Shown: positions 9,102 through 18,787, counted from the first letter of the stretch. The stretch: DNA of 64,000 nucleotides from Thermoproteota archaeon (GCA_037917685.1 JAVCBU010000012.1:32001-96000); one strand, 5' to 3'. The notes: generated by a model not told the origin, from the letters alone. Program-made: numbers and translations.

Positions 9102-9508
9102 GGATTCTCATGTGGCACCTCACAAGTTTCAGGTTCAAACCTAAGAGTAAGGGGAGGACAAGTGTTCTGGGGGAGAAAAGGACTGTTGAAGCTGAGAACT
9201 GCCTTCTAGTCTTCTGCATGGTGGAGAAAAAGGACGCTGAGGGTATCTCAAGCGTTGTCGGAAAGGCTTGCAGGGATATAAGAGAGCAGATGTTAAGAAT
9301 AAAAGTGGATACTGTGGTGTTGCATTCGTTCGCCCACCTGTTCGGAGAACCAGCAAGCCCAGATGTAGCCCTGAAAATTTTAAAGCTGATGGAAGAGATA
9401 CTTCTGCAGGACGGTGTAAAAGTTTTGAAAACGCCTTTCGGATGGTTCGGTGAACTTGAGATTAAGGCTAAAGGTCACCCATTATCGAGAGTGGCGAGGA
9501 AATATTAG
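9098..9508 (+). CDS. Stand-alone archaeal-type threonyl-tRNA synthetase editing domain
   Basis: MRILMWH, VEKKD, FAHL, TPFGW, KGHPLSRVAR motifs. Confidence 0.88.
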   Translation: MRILMWHLTSFRFKPKSKGRTSVLGEKRTVEAENCLLVFCMVEKKDAEGISSVVGKACRDIREQMLRIKVDTVVLHSFAHLFGEPASPDVALKILKLMEEILLQDGVKVLKTPFGWFGELEIKAKGHPLSRVARKY

Positions 9509-9835
9509 AATACTACGGATACATTGAGATTCTGTTGATGCTAGGATGCAAAATCCGTACTAAGGGAAGGCTCGACGATGCATCTACGACTGCATGAAAG
9601 ATTAGAGAGGCATTAGGCTTCTAGTTCTTCCCAGCAGAGTAAGCCTAAGCAGCCTGAATCATGGTTGCTCTTGCAAATGTTTCATCGAACGAGACCCCTG
9701 CCATCCTGCTATTGGCGTGCAAATAGACTCCTGAAGGAAAGCCCTAAGAAGAACTCTTCAGGGATCCTTACAAGCTGCAACAGGCACTTGGCGCCTTTGA
9801 CGTGAAATGTTAAAATATAAAAGTTCATCTAGGTC

Positions 9836-10594
9836 TTGCGGGTTATGGCCGACTTTAGAATAGTCCACATATCAGATGTTCATTTCACATCTCAACATTT
9901 TAGCAGGGAATTATGGGAGAGTACTGTTCGGGCTACGAGAGAGTTTAATCCTGACTTGGTGGTAGTGTCGGGGGATCTAACTGATGATGGCTATCCACAT
10001 GAGTATGAGGTTGCTGTAGACAGGCTTAGAGACCTGTCTGATTTCAGGATGCTCGTAGTACCCGGAAACCACGACTCTAGAAATTATGGCTACACGATTT
10101 TTGAGAGGATATTCAAAACAAGATACCCATTTTTCAAGGGAGACTTCGTTAGAATCGTGGGGGTAGATTCAAGCGAGCCTGATATTGATGACGGACATGT
10201 CGGGCGGCTGGCATATCGTATAGTCTCCGAAAAGCTTGAGGGATTTAAAGGTGTTAAGATTGTTGTTCTCCATCACCATTTAATCCCTATCCCAGGAACC
10301 GGGAGGGAGAGGAACATACCCGTAGATGCCGGCGACTTTCTTGAACTCTTAGATAGGCTTAAGGTTTCCATTGTCCTTTGCGGGCACAAACATGTGCCAT
10401 GGATTTGGAAACTTAACGACATGTATATTGTGAATGCGGGAACTGCTTCAACTTTAAGGCTTAAAGCATACCAGCCACCTTCATTTAACAAGATATGGAT
10501 AGGTAGGGGAGGGCGGTTTAGGATTGTAAGGGTAAATGTTAACACGGGAGATGAGAGGACGGTGCTGGAAGGATTCTTGAAAGCTGACATTTAA
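9836..10594 (+). CDS. Metallophosphoesterase (CpdA/Icc-like)
   Basis: HISDVH, SGDLT, PGNHD, HHH, CGHKH. Confidence 0.92.
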   Translation: MRVMADFRIVHISDVHFTSQHFSRELWESTVRATREFNPDLVVVSGDLTDDGYPHEYEVAVDRLRDLSDFRMLVVPGNHDSRNYGYTIFERIFKTRYPFFKGDFVRIVGVDSSEPDIDDGHVGRLAYRIVSEKLEGFKGVKIVVLHHHLIPIPGTGRERNIPVDAGDFLELLDRLKVSIVLCGHKHVPWIWKLNDMYIVNAGTASTLRLKAYQPPSFNKIWIGRGGRFRIVRVNVNTGDERTVLEGFLKADI

Positions 10595-10707
10595 CCTGTA
10601 AGGTTGCTCCCTAAATCCATGTTGTATACTGGTTCAACCTTGAGATGCATAGTTGAGCACTGTTAAATTTAAGTAGGGAGAACATAGGATGTCTATGAGG
10701 TGATTTT

Positions 10708-12294
10708 TTGTTTAGGGCTCCACGTGGTATGAGGGATATCGTAGGGGAGGAAATGGATTTTTGGTGTTGGGTTGAAGACACAGTGAGGTGTGTTTTTGAG
10801 AGTTTCGGATATAAGCGGGTTGAAACCCCGATATTTGAGCATTTTGACCTTTTCGCCCTTCGTTCGGGTGAGGAGATTAGAAATAGAATGTTTGTGTTTA
10901 GGATTGATGAGGGGGAGGTCGCCCTTAGACCTGAGATTACGGCGTCGATTGCAAGATTGGTCTCCTCAGGTCTTGAGGGTGCTCTACCCTATAGGCTCTA
11001 CTACATTGGAAGATGCTTCCGATATGAGGAGCCGCAGTCTGGAAGGTATAGAGAGTTCTGGCAGGCGGGTGTTGAGCTTGTGGGAAGCGGTAGACCGGAG
11101 GCTGATGCTGAACTATTAATTCTTGCCTACGAGGTTGCCGAGAACGTCGGGCTTCGAGACTTCAACCTTAAGATTGGCGATATGAGCATTATCAGGGGGT
11201 TACTGGAGGACTTTAATGTGCCGACTGAGGTGCAAAATAGGATAATTACACCGTTGGATAAGCTTTCAAGTAGTACTGACAGGCTTAGGGCGTTTCTCAC
11301 AAAGGTTAGGAGAGAGGGAAAGCTTGACAGCTTGGAGGTTAAAGAGCTTGCTAGGATAGCTGATAGCCTCAGAATGTGGAGGATTAAAGAGGCTGAGAAG
11401 ATTTCAGCCGGGTTATCGAAGATTCCACGTGAGCACTGGGAATTCGTAGAGGAGGATCCAAGAATATATCTTCTTGAGGAGTTAAATAGCCAAGGAAAAA
11501 CCAGGGAGCTCGCGAACTTTATAGCTGATACTATTGAAGGGCTTAGGAAGGCTTTAATGTTGGAATGGGCATATAACGGGGTTGATACTGTTAGTGGAAA
11601 ATACTTTCTGGATCCAAAGGCCTCAAGCATGTTGTTCGACCTGATAGGGATTTCGGGTGCTCCTTCGAAATGTATCTCCAAGGTCGACGCATTGGTAAAG
11701 GATCTGAAGAGGGCAGCAGACTCTGTAGAGAGATTCGAAACGATTATAGAGCTTGTAGAAGAGGCCGAATTAAGGTTTACTGTTGACTTTGGCCTTGCTA
11801 GGGGCTTGGAGTACTATACTGGAATGGTTTTTGAAATCGACTATCCCGGGCTTGGAGCTGAAAAGCAGATCTGCGGTGGAGGCAGGTATGACCAGTTAAT
11901 ACAAGAGTTTGGAGGACGTCCTACCCCAGCTCTAGGATTTGGTTATGGCTTGGACAGGCTCGTGCTTGCAGCCATGGACTCCAATTTAAAACCAGCGGTT
12001 CCAAGTAAAAGGCTTTTCCTAGTCCCTATAAGTCCAGACGTGGCTGGATATGCTCTAAAGGTCGCTAGGATGCTACATCACGTAGTAAATCTAACATTTG
12101 ATCTCAAGATTAGAGGTGTCAGAGAGGGATTATCCTATGCTTCAAAGAAGGGTTACAGGTACGCAGCTATCATTGGCAGGTCTGAAAAGGAATACGGAAA
12201 AGTTACTATCAAGGATCTTCAGAGTGGTATGCAGGAAACTATACCACTTGACGGAGTCATAGACTACTTGGTGTCAAAAGATGAGGAGAATTAA
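10708..12294 (+). CDS. hisS: Histidine--tRNA ligase with ~100-aa internal insertion
   Basis: PRGMRD, LRPEIT, FRYEEPQSGRYREFWQAGVE, RGLEYYTG, GGGRYD, GFGYGLDRL plus C-terminal anticodon-binding domain; GAGGTGA RBS. Confidence 0.9.
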   Translation: MFRAPRGMRDIVGEEMDFWCWVEDTVRCVFESFGYKRVETPIFEHFDLFALRSGEEIRNRMFVFRIDEGEVALRPEITASIARLVSSGLEGALPYRLYYIGRCFRYEEPQSGRYREFWQAGVELVGSGRPEADAELLILAYEVAENVGLRDFNLKIGDMSIIRGLLEDFNVPTEVQNRIITPLDKLSSSTDRLRAFLTKVRREGKLDSLEVKELARIADSLRMWRIKEAEKISAGLSKIPREHWEFVEEDPRIYLLEELNSQGKTRELANFIADTIEGLRKALMLEWAYNGVDTVSGKYFLDPKASSMLFDLIGISGAPSKCISKVDALVKDLKRAADSVERFETIIELVEEAELRFTVDFGLARGLEYYTGMVFEIDYPGLGAEKQICGGGRYDQLIQEFGGRPTPALGFGYGLDRLVLAAMDSNLKPAVPSKRLFLVPISPDVAGYALKVARMLHHVVNLTFDLKIRGVREGLSYASKKGYRYAAIIGRSEKEYGKVTIKDLQSGMQETIPLDGVIDYLVSKDEEN

Positions 12295-13510
12295 CATCTG
12301 CACAGTTGGGTGCAGAGGAACTGGAAAGTCAACCCTTACAGGCAGGCTACTTTTAAGGCTAGGTAGGTTTTCACCAGATGATGTAAATAGATGCATAAGA
12401 ATCGCACAAAAGATAGGTAAAGCAGGCTCGGAATATGCATTTCTAGTGGACAGGCTTCTTGAAGAGAGAATAAAGGGAAGAAGCCTAAAGAGTCATATGG
12501 TTAAAGCCGCTGCCGATGGCAACATACTTAGAATCATAGATACACCAGGCTATCCCCATAATATCGGTGAAACTGTTTTAGCACTTAACATATCGGAGGC
12601 CGTCCTCATCCTTACAAGCTATAAAGAAATCGTGGAGAAAAGCCTCACTCTCAAAGACCTCCTTAGAACCGTATTCATATTCGGTCCTAGGAGAATAATA
12701 CCTGTTATAAATCTTAAAGAGGATATAAATGGAGAAAGATTTATAGAGGCATCCGAAGAGTTTAGAAAGATATTGTTGGATGAGAAACTTCTGAATAGAG
12801 TTGTTTGCGACCCGATTCCCATATCAGCCTATGAAGGCTTAAACCTGTGGAACAAAAATTTGGAATGGTATAAGGGTAACCCTCTACTTGATGTAATCCT
12901 TGATCTCAGAGTATACCCTCTACTTAAGGAACCTGCTAGAGCAATAGTTTACAATGTTACAGGTGAGGCCGGAATACCTCTTGTTCACATGCTTAGAGGA
13001 TCGATTAAGGTGGGGGAAAGAGTCCTCCTCTCCCCAGCATCGATAATAGGGAGGGTAGTGGAAGCTGAATCATGGGGGGAGAGGATTAACACGGTATCTT
13101 GGGGGATGGATGCTGGTTTAAGGCTGGAAGGGATAGCGAGGTACCATATTAAAAGAGGGAACCTCATATCGAAGCTTGAAGGAGCCCCCACGGTTTCAAA
13201 CAAGTTCGAAGCATACATCCACTTGTACCACGGGAAATTAAAACCTGGCATGACATTTGCAGCCCAGATGACATACGAGACAGCTCAGTTTAGAGTACTT
13301 GAAGTTCATAATAGATCTCCCCGGGAAGGCGCCACTACTGAAAGTTTAGAGGGGGAGGCGGCAAGCGTCATAGTTGAAGCTGATAGGGACGTAGCATTTG
13401 ACCCTGTCGGTTACGGGCTGAGGACATGCCGGTTCATGCTTAGAGGAGGCATCCCCGGGCGTCGGGGAAGCTGGGTAATAGGATATGGAGATTTTATAGG
13501 TGGTATATGA
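12281..13510 (+). CDS. Divergent EF-1alpha paralog (three domains, degenerate GTPase motifs)
   Basis: GKSTLTGRLL, GK..EYAFLVDRLLEER, IIDTPG, PISAYEG.NL, IKRGNLI, PTVSNKFEA, RFMLR align by eye with EF-1alpha; overlaps hisS by 14 nt. Confidence 0.85.
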   Translation: MRRINICTVGCRGTGKSTLTGRLLLRLGRFSPDDVNRCIRIAQKIGKAGSEYAFLVDRLLEERIKGRSLKSHMVKAAADGNILRIIDTPGYPHNIGETVLALNISEAVLILTSYKEIVEKSLTLKDLLRTVFIFGPRRIIPVINLKEDINGERFIEASEEFRKILLDEKLLNRVVCDPIPISAYEGLNLWNKNLEWYKGNPLLDVILDLRVYPLLKEPARAIVYNVTGEAGIPLVHMLRGSIKVGERVLLSPASIIGRVVEAESWGERINTVSWGMDAGLRLEGIARYHIKRGNLISKLEGAPTVSNKFEAYIHLYHGKLKPGMTFAAQMTYETAQFRVLEVHNRSPREGATTESLEGEAASVIVEADRDVAFDPVGYGLRTCRFMLRGGIPGRRGSWVIGYGDFIGGI

Positions 13511-14295
13511 TGATTAGGGAGCTTTTTAAATGTGACAAGCCCCTCATTGGGGTAGTTCATCTCGAGCCACTCCCAGGCGCCCCTCTTCACAAGCTTAAGA
13601 TGGACGAAATAATAGAGACAGCGCTAGACGATGCCAAGGCATTGTGTAATGGAGGAGTAGATGGAATAATAATAGAGAACTATGGAGATGCGCCCTACTA
13701 TCCGAGGAGGGTTCCCCCGTTTACGGTAGCAGCTATGGCTATTATAGTGAGGCACGTTGTTAAGGCTGTAGATATACCTGTGGGGGTTAACGTCTTGAGA
13801 AACGATTGGAGGTCATCACTATCTATAGCCCATGTGACAGAAGCGTCGTTCATAAGAGTGAATATTCTCTCTGGAAGTTATATTACTGACCAGGGATACA
13901 TTGAAGGCGAAGCACACCTGCTACAGAGGTTAAAAAGGTATCTTAATAGTAGGGTGAAGGTGTTTGCAGACATCGATGTTAAACATGCCGGGAGGATAGT
14001 TCAAAGGCCGTTAGAGGATGAAGCGAGGGATCTATCCGAGAGGTCTCTCGCCGATGCAATAATAGTTACTGGTGAAGCGACCGGCAAGCCTCCACGGATT
14101 GAAAAGGTGAAGATTGTAAAGGAGGCTGTGGGAGACAAGCCTGTGATTGTTGGCAGCGGGTTGACTCCTGAAAATATAGCCTCGTATCTTCGAATATGCG
14201 ATGGCTTTATAGTGGGAACCTATTTCAAGAGAGGACGAAGAGTAAACATAGAGAAGGTTAAAGCACTAGTCTCTATGGTCAAGCAAAGCTCATAG
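13507..14295 (+). CDS. BtpA/SgcQ family TIM-barrel protein
   Basis: IGVVHL..LPG, ENYGDAP, GVNVLRND, ADIDVKH, VTG..TG, IVGT.FK. Confidence 0.92.
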   Translation: MMIRELFKCDKPLIGVVHLEPLPGAPLHKLKMDEIIETALDDAKALCNGGVDGIIIENYGDAPYYPRRVPPFTVAAMAIIVRHVVKAVDIPVGVNVLRNDWRSSLSIAHVTEASFIRVNILSGSYITDQGYIEGEAHLLQRLKRYLNSRVKVFADIDVKHAGRIVQRPLEDEARDLSERSLADAIIVTGEATGKPPRIEKVKIVKEAVGDKPVIVGSGLTPENIASYLRICDGFIVGTYFKRGRRVNIEKVKALVSMVKQSS

Positions 14296-14361
14296 CTATA
14301 AATACTGGCATTAATCAAGGAATATTAAAATGTAAGTAGGGTTAAATCGTGTGATGAAATT

Positions 14362-14736
14362 ATGACTGAGATGATGCAGATATATAGATGCAACATCTGT
14401 GGAAATATGATAATGGTTTTAAAGGCTGGTGCTGGAACTCTCGTATGCTGCGGTCAGCCGATGGAACTGTTAAAAGAGAAAACCGAGGAGTCAGGTATGG
14501 AAAAACATGTACCGGTTATTGAAAGAAAGGAAAATGTTGCAACAATAAAGGTTGGTTCTATACCTCACCCCATGGAGGAGAACCATTACATCAATTGGAT
14601 AATGGTTACAGATGACAATAGAGTATACATTAGATTCCTAAAGCCTGGTGAAAAACCGGAAGCAGAATTCAAGGTTGATGGTGAAAAAATAGGGGCAAGG
14701 GAGTACTGTAACCTCCACGGCCTTTGGAAGTCATAG
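14362..14736 (+). CDS. dfx: Desulfoferrodoxin (superoxide reductase)
   Basis: CNICGN..CCG, EKHVP, HPMEENHYI, CNLHG. Confidence 0.95.
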   Translation: MTEMMQIYRCNICGNMIMVLKAGAGTLVCCGQPMELLKEKTEESGMEKHVPVIERKENVATIKVGSIPHPMEENHYINWIMVTDDNRVYIRFLKPGEKPEAEFKVDGEKIGAREYCNLHGLWKS

Positions 14737-14743
14737 CATACTG

Positions 14744-16078
14744 TTATCCTGAGACCTTTACTCCCTTTATTCTTAGGTGTGGGGTTAGTATGTTCCCCAC
14801 TTTTTTAACTTCCCTACCTACCTCATCGACCTTCCGGATTAGGTCTTTCATGTTCCCAGCGATCATAGCCTGCTTCACCGGGCTCTCTATTTCGCCATTC
14901 TTTATGGTGTAGGCTGGCGAGGCCACCACTGAGAATTCCCCTGATGAGATGTTCGCGGTATGTACTCCCATGAGACTTATAACGTAGATGCCGTTCTCTA
15001 TCTCGGAGACAAGCTCCTGGAAGCTTTTCATGCCTGGCTCTACTATGAGGTTCGTCGGGCCGATGGAAGGCTCACTATTATAGTTTCTCCTAGCATTTCC
15101 CGTGCTTTCCTCTCCTGCCTTATTCGCCCAGTAGGTATCGTATAGGTAGTTTTTTAGAATTCCGTTCTCTATTAGAGGCTTTTTCATGGTTGGGTGTCCT
15201 TCGCCGTCGAACGGTGAGGAACTGTAGCCTCCGGTGAGGGTTCCATCATCTATTATTGTAAGCTTCTTGGAGGCGATGGCTTCTCCCTTAAGCCTTGCGA
15301 AAGGTGTTTTCCCCTTATACACATTGTCTCCCGACAGCTCCGGGATAAGTATGCCTTCTAGGATTGATGATACGGCGAATGGATGAAGGATTACTTCCAT
15401 CTCCCTTGTTTCTATAGGCTTTTTACCAAGTTGTGAGAGAGCCATCTCAGCCGCCTCCCTCGCCAGTTTTACATGGTCGAACTCTTTAAGGCTTCTAGAT
15501 GCTTCGAAATCGTAGCCCATCCCTGTTTCACCGTTCTGGGCTGAAATTAGATATATGGAGGCATATATGAAGCTTCCTTTCTCCGATGCTTCCACGCCAT
15601 GGCTGTTTGCAATTGTATATTCTGAGAATCCATATCCAGCCCCGCCGCTTCCAGCTACGATTCTTTTGTCAACCTTAGCATTGTCTATAAGTTCCATGCT
15701 GATTTTCATTGTGTCGTCAGCGTCTAATGATTCTATTTCAGGATCGTATAGGCCCTTAACCTTCGGGAGGGGTTTCGGCTCCGTCATCGAAACCCATGAC
15801 TTGTCCTCAGGCTTCCTGGAAGCTATTCTTAAGGCCTTGTCAATGGCGGCTTCCACCGACTGCATGTCTAGCTTAGTAGCGTAGGCGAACCCTACACGTT
15901 TATTCTTAACCACTCTTACCCCTATACCTGCGTCGTAGCTTTGATTTGCATACTTAACGTTAAGCTTCTCGAAAACTATTGATACGCTTCTACCTGCTGA
16001 AATATATGCTTCAGCTTCATCTGCTCCTTTAATTTCTGCAAGTTTTACAGCCTTAACCGCGAGCTCAACTAGGCTCAT
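14744..16078 (-). CDS. pmbA: TldE/PmbA peptidase subunit
   Basis: FDGEG, STGNA, SGEFS motifs; no HExxxH. Confidence 0.9.
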   Translation of the reverse strand: MSLVELAVKAVKLAEIKGADEAEAYISAGRSVSIVFEKLNVKYANQSYDAGIGVRVVKNKRVGFAYATKLDMQSVEAAIDKALRIASRKPEDKSWVSMTEPKPLPKVKGLYDPEIESLDADDTMKISMELIDNAKVDKRIVAGSGGAGYGFSEYTIANSHGVEASEKGSFIYASIYLISAQNGETGMGYDFEASRSLKEFDHVKLAREAAEMALSQLGKKPIETREMEVILHPFAVSSILEGILIPELSGDNVYKGKTPFARLKGEAIASKKLTIIDDGTLTGGYSSSPFDGEGHPTMKKPLIENGILKNYLYDTYWANKAGEESTGNARRNYNSEPSIGPTNLIVEPGMKSFQELVSEIENGIYVISLMGVHTANISSGEFSVVASPAYTIKNGEIESPVKQAMIAGNMKDLIRKVDEVGREVKKVGNILTPHLRIKGVKVSG

Positions 16079-17466
16079 GCTCTACCACCTACCACAACAT
16101 TTCTTATACGAACATGGGGGCCTCCGTCACCGACTGGGATGGCTTGGCCGTCTTTTCCACAGAATCCTACGTCTAGACTTAAGTCTTTGCCCACGGCGTC
16201 AACGTTCTTAAGGGTTTCAAGGATTACCCCGCTAAGTGAGACATCCAGTAATGGTTTAGTGATTTCACCCTTCTCTATAAGGTAGGCTTCCTGAGCGTTA
16301 AACTGAAACCCTCCAACAGCGGGATTAACCTGGCCACCCCTGCTTCCCTTAACGTACACTCCAAGCTCTATGTCTTCGAGAAGTTCTTCGAAGTTGTAGT
16401 CGCCTGGGGCTATATATGTATTGCTCATTCTTACTATAGGCTTATGTTTGAAGGTCATAGCCCTTGCTGAGCCGTTTGGTTTCATCCCAAGTTTTGCGGC
16501 GGACTCTCGGTTAAGCATGTAGCCGACGAGTACCCCCCTATCTATTAGTTTCCTTTTCTGCGTTTTAACGCCTTCATCATCGTATTTTTCGGATCCCCAC
16601 CAGTCAATTGTGGAGTCATCATATATTGTTACGAGGTCTGAGCCTATTTTCTCTCCGAGCTTGCCAGCAAGCACAGATTCGCCAGCTATTACAAGATCTG
16701 CCTCGCAAGCGTGTCCAACCGCCTCATGGGCGAAGACACCTATATGTTCAGGGTCTGCTATGACCGTGTATCTCCCACCCTTAACAGGAACGGCCTTCAG
16801 GAGGTTGCAAGCCTTCCTTGCCGCCTCTAAAGCCTTTTCCAGGGGTTTTTGAGACTCGAAGCCCTCATATCCACCGTAGTGTGCAATTCTCGTTATAAAT
16901 GATTGTATCTTGCCGTTCTCACTTGCAACGGCGTTAAAAGATGAGTAGCATCTCGAGAATTCCCATTCTATGTAGCTGCCAAGACTACTGTAAAAGACTT
17001 TTCTACCATACCACTCCGTATAGGTTACTTCACCCGTCTTTACCCTGGGGTCGAAGTTTCTCATTCTCCTGTCGGCTTCCAGCGCCAATTCTAGTTTTTC
17101 ATCAACAGGTATGTCTGAGAGCTTCTTCTTGCCAAGCTTAACGATTCTATCTTCCACAGCCTCTACGTCGACAAGTTTGACTTTTTCCTTTGTCCTATCA
17201 CCCACCGATTTAGCAACTTTAACAGCGAATTCAACAGCGTCCAGAAGTCTTTCCTTATCAAGCTTTGTGGATGTAGAGAACCCCCATGACCCGTTAGATA
17301 GTACTGTTATTCCAGCTCCCACGCTATATCCAATAGGAGACTTCTCAACAACACCGTTGCTTATCTTAAGCCTCACGGTATCTACGAGTTCAATCCTTAT
17401 GTCCGCGTATTCTGCACCCATCTCAAGGGCCTTCTCAACAACGAACACTGCCAGATCCTTCATCAA
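16075..17466 (-). CDS. tldD: TldD metalloprotease
   Basis: HEAVGHACEAD, DDEG, RMSNT, CGKDGQ..VGDGGP. Confidence 0.93.
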   Translation of the reverse strand: MMKDLAVFVVEKALEMGAEYADIRIELVDTVRLKISNGVVEKSPIGYSVGAGITVLSNGSWGFSTSTKLDKERLLDAVEFAVKVAKSVGDRTKEKVKLVDVEAVEDRIVKLGKKKLSDIPVDEKLELALEADRRMRNFDPRVKTGEVTYTEWYGRKVFYSSLGSYIEWEFSRCYSSFNAVASENGKIQSFITRIAHYGGYEGFESQKPLEKALEAARKACNLLKAVPVKGGRYTVIADPEHIGVFAHEAVGHACEADLVIAGESVLAGKLGEKIGSDLVTIYDDSTIDWWGSEKYDDEGVKTQKRKLIDRGVLVGYMLNRESAAKLGMKPNGSARAMTFKHKPIVRMSNTYIAPGDYNFEELLEDIELGVYVKGSRGGQVNPAVGGFQFNAQEAYLIEKGEITKPLLDVSLSGVILETLKNVDAVGKDLSLDVGFCGKDGQAIPVGDGGPHVRIRNVVVGGRA

Positions 17467-17616
17467 GGATTAAGGATAACTGGAAAACTAAAAAATTACC
17501 GACTAACAAAGCTACATTTGTCCTTGACGGCAGAATGCCTAAACATATCTACGGGATTGTTAATTCTCCATTGATAGGCGCTATGTTTAATTGTTTCAAG
17601 CTCTTATCTTGATACT

Positions 17617-18744
17617 ATGCTGGATGTCGATATACTAGTGGTCGGCTGCGGACCTTCAGGCTCCTTCGCATCGCTCCTAGCATCCATGGATGGGTTCAAA
17701 GTTGCGGTCATCGAGAGAAAAAAGTCCCCCGAGAACCCCACCGTCTGTGGAGAGTACCTGCCAAGATTTGAGGCGTTCTCTAGGGTGCTTCCCATGTATG
17801 ACGGTGAATTAAAGCTTATAAGATCATGGTTGTATGATAAGGAAGTCCAATCTAATACAACCCACGAGATAGTTTTAGATCTTGATGATAGGAGGCTCAT
17901 ATTCGATTTCGAGGGGGTTGTTATAAGTAGAAAGAGGCTTATAAATCTCCTCGTAGACCAGGCTTTAGGCTATGGTTGCAGGATAATGTTCGGAAGCAGA
18001 TATCTTGGAAGCGTATTTGCTAAAGACCTTATCATTAGCAAAGTTAGCAATGGCTTAACCATTAGAAGCCGCTTTATAATAGGGGCTGACGGGTATCCTT
18101 CTAAGGTTGGTTTATCATTAAATACTGGCCCCATGATAACGCATAAGGGGATAGCCATAGCTACTTCCCAGCTTGTGAAGCATAACCTCGATCCGGAAAA
18201 GATTTACATGAGATTTTCAAAAAACATTCAAGGAGGGTACAGCTGGGTAATACCGTTAAACAAGACACTTGGAAGGGCTGGAGTAGGGTTTCCACCGGCC
18301 ACTGGAGAAATGAATATCCGAAAAGCACATATTTTAACAATTAAGAGTTACAGGCTAAAGCCTTCGGGCTCTCTTCATGGGAAGCTTCTTCCGGTGGGTG
18401 GGATGTTCGAGGGTATCTCAGGAGTTAAATGCTTACTCGTTGGTGATGCCGCTGGTGCGGTTATGCCTGTTAATGGTGGGGGGATACCCCTAGCGATGCT
18501 TACATCAGCGATAGCCAACAAAGTGATTAGGCAGGGCACTCCACACTTGTATGAGCCTGAGTTAGAGCCGCTTTCAAGACTTCTAGTTGCAGGTGATAGG
18601 GCGAGAAGGTTTGTTTCATTCATTATGAGTAGGAGAATCCTATTCCATATATTTAAGTCTATAGTTCCAGCCAAATTCGTCTTGGATGTTATCTCAATGA
18701 ACCCTTATAGTTTCCCCATGAAGATTTTTGGTTCGGGGCTTTAA
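17617..18744 (+). CDS. Geranylgeranyl reductase family FAD oxidoreductase
   Basis: GCGPSG, CGE, GADG, YSWVIP, VGDAAG..P..GGGI. Confidence 0.85.
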   Translation: MLDVDILVVGCGPSGSFASLLASMDGFKVAVIERKKSPENPTVCGEYLPRFEAFSRVLPMYDGELKLIRSWLYDKEVQSNTTHEIVLDLDDRRLIFDFEGVVISRKRLINLLVDQALGYGCRIMFGSRYLGSVFAKDLIISKVSNGLTIRSRFIIGADGYPSKVGLSLNTGPMITHKGIAIATSQLVKHNLDPEKIYMRFSKNIQGGYSWVIPLNKTLGRAGVGFPPATGEMNIRKAHILTIKSYRLKPSGSLHGKLLPVGGMFEGISGVKCLLVGDAAGAVMPVNGGGIPLAMLTSAIANKVIRQGTPHLYEPELEPLSRLLVAGDRARRFVSFIMSRRILFHIFKSIVPAKFVLDVISMNPYSFPMKIFGSGL

Positions 18745-18787
18745 CTATCTCCAAAACCCGGGTAGAGATTAGAAAAAGAAGGGAAAG

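Noticed and set aside
10708-12294. HisZ or intein-containing HisRS
   Set aside because: Anticodon-binding domain and catalytic motifs present; no intein terminal residues
12281-13510. Calling this ORF canonical EF-1alpha, SelB or CysN
   Set aside because: G motifs degenerate; no SelB extension; no cysD neighbour
14350-14400. GTGATGA..CTGA..ATGATG resembling C/D boxes
   Set aside because: Overlaps the dfx RBS and start codons; no terminal D box
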